Shown: positions 10,201-17,674 of the stretch, piece after piece
How the letters are laid out: every line of letters begins with the position of its first letter
How positions within the stretch are numbered: the first letter of the stretch is position 1
Origin: Ramlibacter sp. 2FC
GTDB lineage: Bacteria > Pseudomonadota > Gammaproteobacteria > Burkholderiales > Burkholderiaceae_C
Length of the DNA: 64,000 nt
Assembly (NCBI GenBank): GCA_943369755.1
Contig: CALROG020000005.1
Location: forward strand, 49,689 to 113,688
Direction: 5' to 3'
Program-made: the position numbers and the translations under genes
The notes under the pieces: model-generated
The model's database searches: none
Told to the model about the DNA's origin: nothing
The model's input: only the letters and a program-made list of their open reading frames with translations

Positions 10201-11222
10201 GGCACCGTGAGCGAGGTTTCGGCCACATTGGTGGCCAGCACTATGCGGCGGGCGCTGTGGCTGTCGAAAATCTGGTCTTGCTCGGCCTGGCTCAGCCGCG
10301 CAAACAGCGGCAGCACCTCGGCGTTGCGCGTCAGTGGGCTGTGCGACAGGTGGCGGCGCAGGTGGTCGGCGGCCTCGCGGATTTCGCGCTCGCCGGGCAA
10401 AAACACCAGAATGTCACCGCTGGCGTTACCTGCCCAAAGTTCGTCCACCGCGTCGGCAATGGCGTCATTCAGGTCGTGCTCGCGGCTTTCCTCGAAGGGC
10501 CGCCAGCGTTGCTCCACCGGGAACATGCGCCCCGAGACCATGATCACGGGAGCAGGCAGCCACTCGCCCCCACGCTCCCCCACTACGTGTGGGTCGCTGC
10601 CCCCCGAGGGGGCCTCGCCCGCCTTGGGGCGGCCCGGCGGCGGGCGACGCGACGCAAAATGCCGGGCAAACCGGTCGGCATCAATCGTGGCGGACGTAAC
10701 GATCACCTTCAGGTCAGGCCGGCGCGGCAGTATCTCGCGCAGGTAGCCCAGCAAAAAGTCGATGTTCAGGCTGCGCTCATGGGCCTCGTCAATGATGATG
10801 GTGTCGTAGGCCTTCAGCAGCGGGTCGGTCTGGGTCTCGGCCAGCAAAATGCCGTCGGTCATGAGCTTGACGGACGCGTCACGGCTCAGCCGGTCCTGAA
10901 AGCGCACCTTGAAACCCACCACCTCACCCAGCGGCGTGTCCAGCTCCTGCGCAATGCGTTTGGCCACGCTGCTGGCCGCAATGCGGCGCGGCTGGGTGTG
11001 GCCAATCAGCTGGCCCTTTTGGCCGGGCGCTGCATTGAGCTTGCCGCGCCCCATCGCCAGCGCAATTTTTGGCAACTGGGTGGTTTTGCCCGAGCCGGTT
11101 TCACCGCAGACGATCACCACCTGGTGCGCCGCAATGGCGGCCATGATCTCGTCGCGCTTGCCCGAGACCGGCAGTGATTCAGGGAAGGTAATGCTCAGTT
11201 GCGCCAAGGCTCGATAACTCAA
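7224..11222 (-). CDS. hrpA: ATP-dependent RNA helicase HrpA (DEAH box)
   Basis: 1332 aa with GETGSGKTTQ, DEAHERS and TSAT motifs and a long HrpA C-terminal region. The start is TTG at 11222. It carries two repeat-derived in-frame insertions (see findings). Confidence 0.95.
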   Translation of the reverse strand: MSYRALAQLSITFPESLPVSGKRDEIMAAIAAHQVVIVCGETGSGKTTQLPKIALAMGRGKLNAAPGQKGQLIGHTQPRRIAASSVAKRIAQELDTPLGEVVGFKVRFQDRLSRDASVKLMTDGILLAETQTDPLLKAYDTIIIDEAHERSLNIDFLLGYLREILPRRPDLKVIVTSATIDADRFARHFASRRPPPGRPKAGEAPSGGSDPHVVGERGGEWLPAPVIMVSGRMFPVEQRWRPFEESREHDLNDAIADAVDELWAGNASGDILVFLPGEREIREAADHLRRHLSHSPLTRNAEVLPLFARLSQAEQDQIFDSHSARRIVLATNVAETSLTVPGIRFVVDAGTARVKRYSFRSKVEQLLVEPISQAAANQRAGRCGRLADGICIRLYEEKDFNARPRFTDPEILRSSLAGVILRMKSLRLGDVAQFPFIEPPSGRAIADGYQLLNELGAVDDANELTPTGRELAKLPLDPRVGRMILEARSRGALDEVLVIAAALSVQDVRDRPMDAQQQADQAHAKFDDEKSEFSGYLKLWKWINDARGGHNQAHKLSNRQYEQLLRQNFVSVRRVREWRDIHTQLHTVVAEHQWRLNTLPASYEELHKSMLAGLLGNIGYKLEEAASNPSTGPRTSGSGQSEYLGARGIKFHRHPGAHLSKKPGRWIVAAELVETTRLFGRGLANIEPQWIEQVAGHLLKKQLLDPHWEKKAAEVMALERATLYGLVVYSGRRVNFGRVDMHAAREVFIREALVAGHWETKLPFLAANHKLIGQVEELEHKARRQDVLVDDELIFAFYDQQLPPDICSGLGFEQWYREEARKQPELLKLTRDELMRHEAAGITTNAFPKTIRMGGVDCAASYLHEPGDPRDGLTVAVPLFVLNQVSDERAEWLVPGILKDKVQALLKSLPQRPRSRFVPLPESAARLAAALSTPQAWGGGSLTDALLKLVRDETSLDVKRADFKLDMLAPHLFMNFRVVDEHGRQLGTGRNLGALKAELGAQARGAFQALAAMKGAVTAASPEKATNQAVARVDAAGATIKSVASAAQATDQRYTAWRFGELPELMEIRKGGQTLIGFPALIDGVDAVSIEVFDEPEVAAAKHRAGLRRLFALQIKDALKYLEKNIPELQKMAVAFMPLGTQEELRDQIIDLALERAFLLEPLPKNELDFKRRVDEGRGRLTLIANEVARLAGLILLEYAGATRKLKDTKNQPDATADVAQQLQRLMPKRFVANTPWAQLQHFARYLKAITLRLDKLRTDPARDAQKLAELRPQEQRYWRLVAERKGSVDDRMSELRWLLEELRVSFFAQELRTPQPVSIKRLDKVWGQLNQ
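8090..8141 (+). repeat. Family-A interspersed repeat, copy 2 (inside hrpA, antisense to the gene)
   Basis: ttGCTACacTTTTTATAGTGGCTccCGCAgcatctacGCGGGCTaCAGCCtg. hrpA translates it as AVARVDAAGATIKSVASAAQ. Confidence 0.9.
10572..10646 (+). repeat. Family-B GC-rich repeat, copy 1 (inside hrpA helicase core)
   Basis: Shares the identical blocks TCGCTGCCCCCCGAGGGGGC and GGGGCGGCCCGGCGGCG with the copy at 46060-46130. hrpA reads it as RRPPPGRPKAGEAPSGGSDPHVVGERGGEW. Confidence 0.85.
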
Positions 11223-11255
11223 AGCCCGTGATTATCGGCGCTTGGCCATCGGGGG

Positions 11256-12479
11256 CTAGATCGGGTCGCCGGCCGGCAGCTCGGCAATTTGCCCCGCTGA
11301 CCGGTCAAACCACGCCAACCGGCTCGGGTAGGCCATGGCGCTGCGCGACATGGCGCGCGCCATGGCCACGGCACTGGCGGCGCGAATGTCGGGGTGCGCG
11401 GCCGCCAACACACCAACGCCGAGGTCAGCCACCCAGTGGGTTTCGCCCTCGTCGGTAATGGCCGACTCGCGGCTGGTATTCAATGCCACCGGGCGGCTCA
11501 GGCGTTGGGCAATCGATCGGGCGAGCTGCACCAACTGGTCGTGGCTGCGCAGATTGCGCAGCAGCAGCAAGAAGCCGTCGTCGCCCAGACGGCCCATCTC
11601 CACCTGGGTACTGACCGCGCGGCGCAACCGCCCGGCACAGACAAACAGCGCGTGGTTAACGGCGGCGCGGCCATGCAGCTTCTCAAGTGCGTAAAGGTTG
11701 CTGATCGACACCGCCACCACGCCCACAGACAACAGCTCGCCTTCATGCCGATAAAAAGCAGCACCCACCATTTGCCCGGTTTCGGCGTGCGAGCGCATCC
11801 GCGTGACCGGGTCATAGGCGGGGCCATACGCCATCACCTGGCGCAGCTCGATGAGATACGAATACCGCCCCCACAGAACAACCGCAACCACGCCCAGGTA
11901 AGCAATGGCGGCCACCGCACACACCGCATGCAGCGCCCAATGCACCTGGCCGCGCACCACCGCTGCCCAGCTCAGGCCACACAGGGCCAGCAGCATGAAG
12001 AACACGGCTGAAACCGCCGCCCAGGTCAGGCGGTCACCGCGCTGCGCGCTGCGCACCGCCACGCCCAGCGCCAGCAGGCCGACCAAGCAGGTGACGACCG
12101 AGCTCAACACCAGGGCCTGCTGAGGTTTCAGGGCCCAGCCCACCAGCAGCACCCCAGCCGCCAGCGCGCCCAGCGCCACACGTGCACGCTGCGCCACCAC
12201 CCGGCGGCGCAGCAGGCCCAGCATGAACAGCAGCATGTAAGCCAGCAAGGTGGCGGTCATCATGGCCACATGGGCCAGCAGGCGGTCGTGCGCGTCGATG
12301 TCGGCGATGGGCAGCCAGCCCAGGTAGGCCACCACAAAAAACACCGACGCCAGCGCGGAAATGGCCGCATTGCCGGCCACCCGGCGCAGACCGCGCGTCC
12401 AGGCGTACACCGAACCGGCCAGCATCAGTGCCGCGGTGCCAAAGTAGCCTCCCCAAAAACCCACCGCAATTGTTTCCAT
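11256..12479 (-). CDS. Multi-pass membrane protein with a degenerate GGDEF domain
   Basis: ATG at 12479 (METIAVGFWGG). About 7 predicted TM helices, then a GGDEF-like fold in which GGDEF is replaced by GDDGF (RLGDDGFLLLL). The longer ORF-track start would overlap argA. Confidence 0.7.
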   Translation of the reverse strand: METIAVGFWGGYFGTAALMLAGSVYAWTRGLRRVAGNAAISALASVFFVVAYLGWLPIADIDAHDRLLAHVAMMTATLLAYMLLFMLGLLRRRVVAQRARVALGALAAGVLLVGWALKPQQALVLSSVVTCLVGLLALGVAVRSAQRGDRLTWAAVSAVFFMLLALCGLSWAAVVRGQVHWALHAVCAVAAIAYLGVVAVVLWGRYSYLIELRQVMAYGPAYDPVTRMRSHAETGQMVGAAFYRHEGELLSVGVVAVSISNLYALEKLHGRAAVNHALFVCAGRLRRAVSTQVEMGRLGDDGFLLLLRNLRSHDQLVQLARSIAQRLSRPVALNTSRESAITDEGETHWVADLGVGVLAAAHPDIRAASAVAMARAMSRSAMAYPSRLAWFDRSAGQIAELPAGDPI

Positions 12480-12626
12480 GCCCTGCGCGACTCTCTTGTA
12501 TTGGCCTGACTGTAGTGGCTGCCAACGGCGAACGCAATTCGCGGCAAAGCCAACTACACTCCATGCGCAATACAGCACCGCCCACAACGGCCCAAAGTCA
12601 CAAGAACCGCTCACTGCTACCGCGCC

Positions 12627-13976
12627 ATGTCCGCCGTCTTCAACTTCACCTTCGTCCCGTGGTTTCGCTCGGTCGCCCCGTACATCCATACCCATCGCGG
12701 CAAAACCTTTGTGGTGGGCATTTGTGGTGAGGCCATTGCGGCGGGCAAGCTGCAGCATCTGGCGCAAGACCTGGCCCTGATCCAGAGCATGGGCGTGAAG
12801 GTGGTGCTGGTGCACGGCTTTCGACCCCAGGTCAACGAACAGCTCAAGGCCAAGGGCCACGAGGCCAGGTACTCACACGGCATGCGCATCACGGACGAGG
12901 TGGCACTGGACTGCGCCCAGGAGGCGGCAGGCCAGTTGCGCTACGAGATTGAGGCCGCCTTCAGCCAGGGCCTGCCCAACACCCCCATGGCCGGCTCTAC
13001 CGTGCGCGTTATTTCCGGCAACTTCATCACCGCACGGCCAGTGGGCGTGCTGGATGGGGTGGACTTCCAGCACAGCGGCCTGGTGCGCAAGGTAGACGTG
13101 GCGGGCATCACCCGCACGCTTGACTTTGGTGCCATGGTGCTGCTGTCGCCGTTTGGCTTTTCACCCACCGGCGAGGCCTTCAACCTGACCATGGAAGAGG
13201 TGGCCACCAGCGTGGCCATTGCGCTGCAAGCCGACAAGCTGATTTTTGTGACCGAAATCCCCGGCATACGCACCGCGCCCGACCAGCCCGAGAGCGAAGA
13301 CAACCCGATTGACACCGAGCTGCCGCTGGCCGCCGCCGAGGCCCTGCTGGCCCAGGTGCCCGCCGGCCAGCACCCGACTGACACCGCGTTTTACTTGCAG
13401 CACTGCGTCAAGGCCTGCAAGGCCGGTGTTGAGCGCAGCCACATCTTGCCGTTTGCGCTGGACGGCGCGTTGCTGCTGGAGATTTATGTGCACGACGGCG
13501 TGGGCACGATGATCATTGACGAAAAGCTGGAAAACCTGCGCGAGGCCACGGCTGACGATGTGGGCGGCATCCTGCAATTGATCGAGCCGTTTGAGAAAGA
13601 CGGCACGCTGGTCAAACGCAGCCGCACTGAAATAGAGCGCGACGCCGCCAACTACAGCGTGATCGAGCACGACGGCGTGATCTTCGCCTGCGCCGCGCTG
13701 TACCCCTACCCCGAATCAAAAACCGCCGAGATGGCGGCACTCACCGTGTCGCCGCAAGCCCAAGGCCAGGGCGACGGCGAGAAGGTGCTCAAACGCATCG
13801 AACAACGCGCCCGCGCCAAAGGGCTGGAAAGCATCTTTGTGCTGACCACGCGCACCATGCACTGGTTTTTGAAGCGCGGCTTCGTGCAGGTAGATGCAGA
13901 CTGGCTGCCCGACGCCCGCAAGCGCAAGTACAACTGGGACCGCAAGAGCCTGGTGCTGGTCAAGAAACTGGCCTGA
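12627..13976 (+). CDS. argA: Amino-acid N-acetyltransferase (N-acetylglutamate synthase)
   Basis: 449 aa with an amino-acid kinase fold N-terminus (FVPWFRSVAPYIHTHRGKTFVV) and a C-terminal GNAT motif (QGQGDGEKVLKRIEQRA). Confidence 0.92.
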   Translation: MSAVFNFTFVPWFRSVAPYIHTHRGKTFVVGICGEAIAAGKLQHLAQDLALIQSMGVKVVLVHGFRPQVNEQLKAKGHEARYSHGMRITDEVALDCAQEAAGQLRYEIEAAFSQGLPNTPMAGSTVRVISGNFITARPVGVLDGVDFQHSGLVRKVDVAGITRTLDFGAMVLLSPFGFSPTGEAFNLTMEEVATSVAIALQADKLIFVTEIPGIRTAPDQPESEDNPIDTELPLAAAEALLAQVPAGQHPTDTAFYLQHCVKACKAGVERSHILPFALDGALLLEIYVHDGVGTMIIDEKLENLREATADDVGGILQLIEPFEKDGTLVKRSRTEIERDAANYSVIEHDGVIFACAALYPYPESKTAEMAALTVSPQAQGQGDGEKVLKRIEQRARAKGLESIFVLTTRTMHWFLKRGFVQVDADWLPDARKRKYNWDRKSLVLVKKLA

Positions 13977-13978
13977 TC

Positions 13979-14578
13979 ATGGCCGCCGCGGGCGACCTGC
14001 CAGACAACGCTGTCCAGCCAGCGGACCGCATGGCCTGGCGCACCTGGCTTGAGCAACACCACACACGCCCCCATGGAGTGTGGCTTGTGACTTTCAAGAA
14101 AGGCAGTGGCCACCCGGTCCTGGGCTACGACGACGCCGTCCGGGAGGCTCTTTGTTTCGGCTGGGTGGACAGCAAGCCGCGCAAACTCGACACGTTGCGC
14201 ACCATGCTGTGGTTTGCCCCGCGCAAGGCCGGCAGCGGCTGGTCTGCCTTGAACAAGGCAAGGATCCAGGCGCTGCTGGCGGCAGGCCGCATGGCACCTG
14301 CCGGTTTGGCCAAGCTCAACGCCGCGCAGGCCGATGGGTCATGGAACGCGCTCGATGCTGTGGACGCTCTCGAAGAGCCCGCCGACTTGCAGGCCGCGCT
14401 CAGCCGCCATCCGGGTGCCGCAACCAACTTCGCAGCATTCCCCCGCTCGGCGCGGCGCGGCATTCTGGAATGGATCAGTAACGCGAAGCGCCCGCACACC
14501 CGGGCCAGGCGGGTCGAAGAAACGGCGGAGCTGGCAGCGCGCAACATCCGCGCCAACCAGTGGCAACCCAAGGCCTAA
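13979..14578 (+). CDS. YdeI/OmpD-associated family protein
   Basis: WRTWLEQHH...VWLVTFKK...YDDAVREALCFGWVDSKPRKLD and the C-terminal ...RRGILEWISNAKRPHTRARRV are characteristic of this family. Confidence 0.7.
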   Translation: MAAAGDLPDNAVQPADRMAWRTWLEQHHTRPHGVWLVTFKKGSGHPVLGYDDAVREALCFGWVDSKPRKLDTLRTMLWFAPRKAGSGWSALNKARIQALLAAGRMAPAGLAKLNAAQADGSWNALDAVDALEEPADLQAALSRHPGAATNFAAFPRSARRGILEWISNAKRPHTRARRVEETAELAARNIRANQWQPKA

Positions 14579-15090
14579 CTTCGCAGCGGCCGCAGCAGAC
14601 GCACCAGCAGCGCAGCAAACACCACGCCGAAAATCGCAAACCACACAAACGACCAGTTGGCGATCGACAGGCCCAGAAAGGTCCAGTCGATCTTGGTGCA
14701 GTCGCCACTGCCCTTGAAGATCATCGGCACGGCGCGTTTGAGCGGGAAGGTTTCGATCATCCCGTAGAAGTCGCGCCCGCAGGACACGATCTCGGGCGGG
14801 TACCACTGCAACCAGCTCTGGCGCGCAGCCACAAAGGCGCCGAACCCGGCAAACAGCAAGGCCAGCGCGCCGCCGCCGATTTGCAAGCCTTTTCGGCCTG
14901 TAGCCCCCGCCAATGCTGCGCAGAGTGCTACCAGAATAAGAGCGTACCGCTGCACGATGCACATCGGGCAGGGCTCCAGCCCCACCCCGTGCTGCAAATA
15001 CAGGCCAAAGGCCAGCATGGCCACGCAGACCGCGGCCACCGCGCCAAATACCCGGCGCGGGTAGGCGTCAAACCAGTTCAGAGAAGTCAA
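14575..15090 (-). CDS. dsbB: Disulfide bond formation protein B
   Basis: 171 aa, 4 TM, first-loop CPMC motif ([12 protein letters not shown]) and a second periplasmic Cys pair. Confidence 0.85.
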   Translation of the reverse strand: MTSLNWFDAYPRRVFGAVAAVCVAMLAFGLYLQHGVGLEPCPMCIVQRYALILVALCAALAGATGRKGLQIGGGALALLFAGFGAFVAARQSWLQWYPPEIVSCGRDFYGMIETFPLKRAVPMIFKGSGDCTKIDWTFLGLSIANWSFVWFAIFGVVFAALLVRLLRPLRS

Positions 15091-15221
15091 TCGTTCATCT
15101 CCACATTGATGGGGGCTTATTGTCAGGCGGTTTGGTGAATGAACCCACTATAAGTTCCGGGCCGGGGAATCTTGATAAAGTCGCCAGTCATTCATCACAC
15201 CCTACCAAGACAAGGCGCCCC

Positions 15222-15494
15222 ATGGCACGTACCGTCAACTGCATCAAGCTCGGCCAGGAGGCCGAAGGCCTGGACTTCCCGCCTTACCCCGGCGAGCTGG
15301 GCAAGCGCATCTGGGAAAACGTCAGCAAACAGGCCTGGGCCGACTGGCTCAAGCAGCAAACCATGCTGCTCAACGAGAACCGCCTGAACCTGGCCGACCA
15401 GCGCGCCCGCGACTACCTGAAGCGCCAGATGGAAAACCATTTCTTCGGCAGTGGCGCCGACGTGGCCCAGGGCTACGTGCCGCCCAGCGCGTAA
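15222..15494 (+). CDS. yggX: Fe(2+)-trafficking protein YggX
   Basis: ATG 15222. [52 protein letters not shown] is near-canonical YggX. 90 aa. Confidence 0.9.
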   Translation: MARTVNCIKLGQEAEGLDFPPYPGELGKRIWENVSKQAWADWLKQQTMLLNENRLNLADQRARDYLKRQMENHFFGSGADVAQGYVPPSA

Positions 15495-15515
15495 CTGGCG
15501 CTGCCCCCCGCTTCA

Positions 15516-16664
15516 GTGTCGCAAGGCCCGCCCGGGCCTTGCGTCGTTGTGGGCGGCGGCATTGCCGGTGCTGCGGTGGCAGCCAGCCTGGCGCGGCGCG
15601 GCTGGCAGGTGCAGGTGCTGGACGCAGCGGCCGAGCCGGCCAGCGGTGCCTCGGCCTTGCCGGTGGGTTTGTTTGCGCCACATGTCTCGCACGACGATGC
15701 CATCCTCTCTCGCCTGACGCGTGCTGGCGTGCAGGCCACACTGGCGCAGGCGCGCGCACTGCTGCGCGAGGGGCAGGACTGGCAGCTCACCGGCGCGCTG
15801 GAGCACGGTATCAAGCCTGCGGCGCGCGAGCGGCGGCAACGGCCAGCCAGCGCAGCGCAACTTCAGGGCTCGCGGCCAGCCACGGCCAGTGAATTGCAGC
15901 GCGCCGGCCTGCCGGCGGATGCGCCTGCACTGTGGCACGCGCAGGCCGGCTGGCTCAAGCCCGCAACCCTGGTCAACGCGCTGCTGGCGCAGCCGGGCAT
16001 TGAGTGGCGCGGCAACACCGCCGTGGGTGGGCTGGTGCGCGACGCCAGCGCCTGGCAGGTGCTGGACGCCCAAGGCGCGCTGCTGGCCCGGGCCGCGCTG
16101 GTGGTAGTGGCGGCCGGGCCCGCCAGCAATGCCCTGCTGGGCGACTGCTTGCCGCTGCAACCGCTGCGCGGCCAGATTGCGTGGGCGCCGCATGCACCGG
16201 GCTTGGAGGGGCTGCCGCCCTTCCCCGTGAATGGCCACGGCAGCCTGGTGGCCGGCATTCCGCACGGCGGCACCCCAGCCTGGTTCATGGGCTCGACCTT
16301 CGAGCGCGACAGCCTGGACACCACAGTGCGTGAGGCCGACCACACGGCCAACCTGGCACGCCTGCAAACGCTGCTGCCAGCCGCAGCCAGCGCGTTGGAG
16401 GGCGAATTTGCCGAAGGCCGGGTGCAGGGCTGGGCCGGTGTACGCGCCACCCTGCCCGACCGGCTGCCCGCCGTGGGGGCACTGGACCCGCTGAATGCCC
16501 CCGGGCTACAGGCCTGCACCGGCATGGGCGCGCGCGGCCTGACGCTGGCGGTGCTGTGCGGCGAGCTGCTGGCGGCCTGGCTGCATGGCGAGCCATTGCC
16601 ACTGGAGGCGGCGCTGGCCCGGGCATTGGCCGCCAGCCGCTTTGGGCCTTCAAATACAAGGTAA
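15516..16664 (+). CDS. FAD-dependent oxidoreductase resembling the stand-alone C-terminal (oxidase) domain of MnmC
   Basis: GTG start, dinucleotide motif VVVGGGIAGAAVAASLARRGWQVQVLD, about 380 aa DAO-type fold. The MnmC-type assignment is from memory, not a search. Confidence 0.55.
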   Translation: MSQGPPGPCVVVGGGIAGAAVAASLARRGWQVQVLDAAAEPASGASALPVGLFAPHVSHDDAILSRLTRAGVQATLAQARALLREGQDWQLTGALEHGIKPAARERRQRPASAAQLQGSRPATASELQRAGLPADAPALWHAQAGWLKPATLVNALLAQPGIEWRGNTAVGGLVRDASAWQVLDAQGALLARAALVVVAAGPASNALLGDCLPLQPLRGQIAWAPHAPGLEGLPPFPVNGHGSLVAGIPHGGTPAWFMGSTFERDSLDTTVREADHTANLARLQTLLPAAASALEGEFAEGRVQGWAGVRATLPDRLPAVGALDPLNAPGLQACTGMGARGLTLAVLCGELLAAWLHGEPLPLEAALARALAASRFGPSNTR

Positions 16665-16667
16665 ATC

Positions 16668-16717
16668 GGCGCTAGCCCGCGTGTGTATTGCGGTAGCCAC
16701 TATATTTTTTGTAGCAA
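16668..16717 (-). repeat. Family-A interspersed repeat, copy 3 (reverse orientation, between convergent genes)
   Basis: The reverse complement reads ttGCTACaaAAAATATAGTGGCTacCGCAatacacacGCGGGCTaGCGCC. Its TAG is the stop codon of the 16700-17446 gene. Confidence 0.9.
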
Positions 16718-17446
16718 ACTTTGTAGCTGCGCGGGGTCAAAGGGTTTGGCCAGACAGGCCTTTGCGCCGGCCTGGCGGGCGCGCAGCCCCGCCAACAATG
16801 TGCCACCCGCGGTGGTAAGCCAAACCGTGCCCACCTCGGGTCGAACCGCGCGCAACTCGCGCAGCAACTGCCAGCCGTCGCGGTCCGGCAACGCCAGGTC
16901 CAGCAGCACCAGGCTGTAGGGCTGGGCCGTGACCAGCGCCAGGGCGTCGGCGGCGGTGGCCGCTTCATCCATAAACACCAGGCCGGCCAGCGCCAGCCGC
17001 GCCCGCAGGTAGAGGCACTCGTCGCGACTGGTGTTGACCACCAGAGCCCGACGCCCGGGTGCGTCCAGCTCTGGCGGCTGGGTGTCGGGGCCGGCGTCAA
17101 AGCCAAGGTCAAAGTCCAGCTCCGGCGGCGGGCCAAACAAGCTGTCCATGGCCTGCACCACATTGGGCCAGTGCATTGGCCGGTCGAAGCTGCGCCAGGC
17201 ACGCGGCGACGGATGGCTGCCAACCCAGATCAGCTTGATGCTGTCGTCAAGGCCCTGGGTTTCCAGTTCCATCACGGCCTGGTAGCTGTCGCCATCAACC
17301 AGCGCGAGCGCGGGCGACCGGGGGGCGTCAGCGGCCCAGAGCTGGTAGTGAATGGCTTGGTCGGCCGACAGGCGAAAGACACTGTTGAGCGCGTGCCGCT
17401 CAACATCGGAAAAGCCCATCACCTTAACGAAAATCGGTTCAGCCAT
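16700..17446 (-). CDS. Response regulator with a C-terminal receiver domain and an N-terminal receiver-like (degenerate) domain, no recognisable output domain
   Basis: The C-terminal half has receiver landmarks: LVLLDLALPDRDG (phospho-Asp), VWLTT, CLAKPF. The N-terminal ~120 aa is only receiver-like (LALVDGDS). Confidence 0.7.
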   Translation of the reverse strand: MAEPIFVKVMGFSDVERHALNSVFRLSADQAIHYQLWAADAPRSPALALVDGDSYQAVMELETQGLDDSIKLIWVGSHPSPRAWRSFDRPMHWPNVVQAMDSLFGPPPELDFDLGFDAGPDTQPPELDAPGRRALVVNTSRDECLYLRARLALAGLVFMDEAATAADALALVTAQPYSLVLLDLALPDRDGWQLLRELRAVRPEVGTVWLTTAGGTLLAGLRARQAGAKACLAKPFDPAQLQSLLQKI

Positions 17447-17601
17447 GTTGCGGATTTTGCGTTTGCACGATGAGGCGCATTATCCGGGTCATCCCAGAGA
17501 ATTAGAACGAAAAGTTACGGCACGCAGGCGCAAGTGTTGCAACAGCGCCCGCCCTGTTTTGCCCGGCCTCGCTGCCCGCAAAGCCTTACCGGCATTGACG
17601 C

Positions 17602-17646
17602 ATAAGCTTATCCGCATAAGACCCGAACCAAAATGTAGTTTGGTTC
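17602..17646. promoter_or_regulatory. Two perfect palindromes upstream of the sulfur operon (candidate operator sites)
   Basis: ATAAGCTTAT at 17602-17611 and GAACCAAA-N6-TTTGGTTC at 17625-17646, 30-70 nt upstream of the tauE-like start. The motif CATAAG recurs three times. Confidence 0.35.
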
Positions 17647-17674
17647 CATAAGCGGCCCCCGTACATTGCCGCTC

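Noticed and set aside
7551-11177. Two long plus-strand ORFs (526 and 538 aa) inside the hrpA locus
   Set aside because: They are antisense to a 1332-aa helicase ORF with all DEAH-box motifs. These are high-GC shadow ORFs.
15495-15545. gctgccccccg followed by the palindrome AAGGCCCGCCCGGGCCTT after yggX, considered as a family-B copy or a terminator
   Set aside because: Only the first 11 nt match family B and no T-tract follows the hairpin. It also overlaps the best start region of the next gene.
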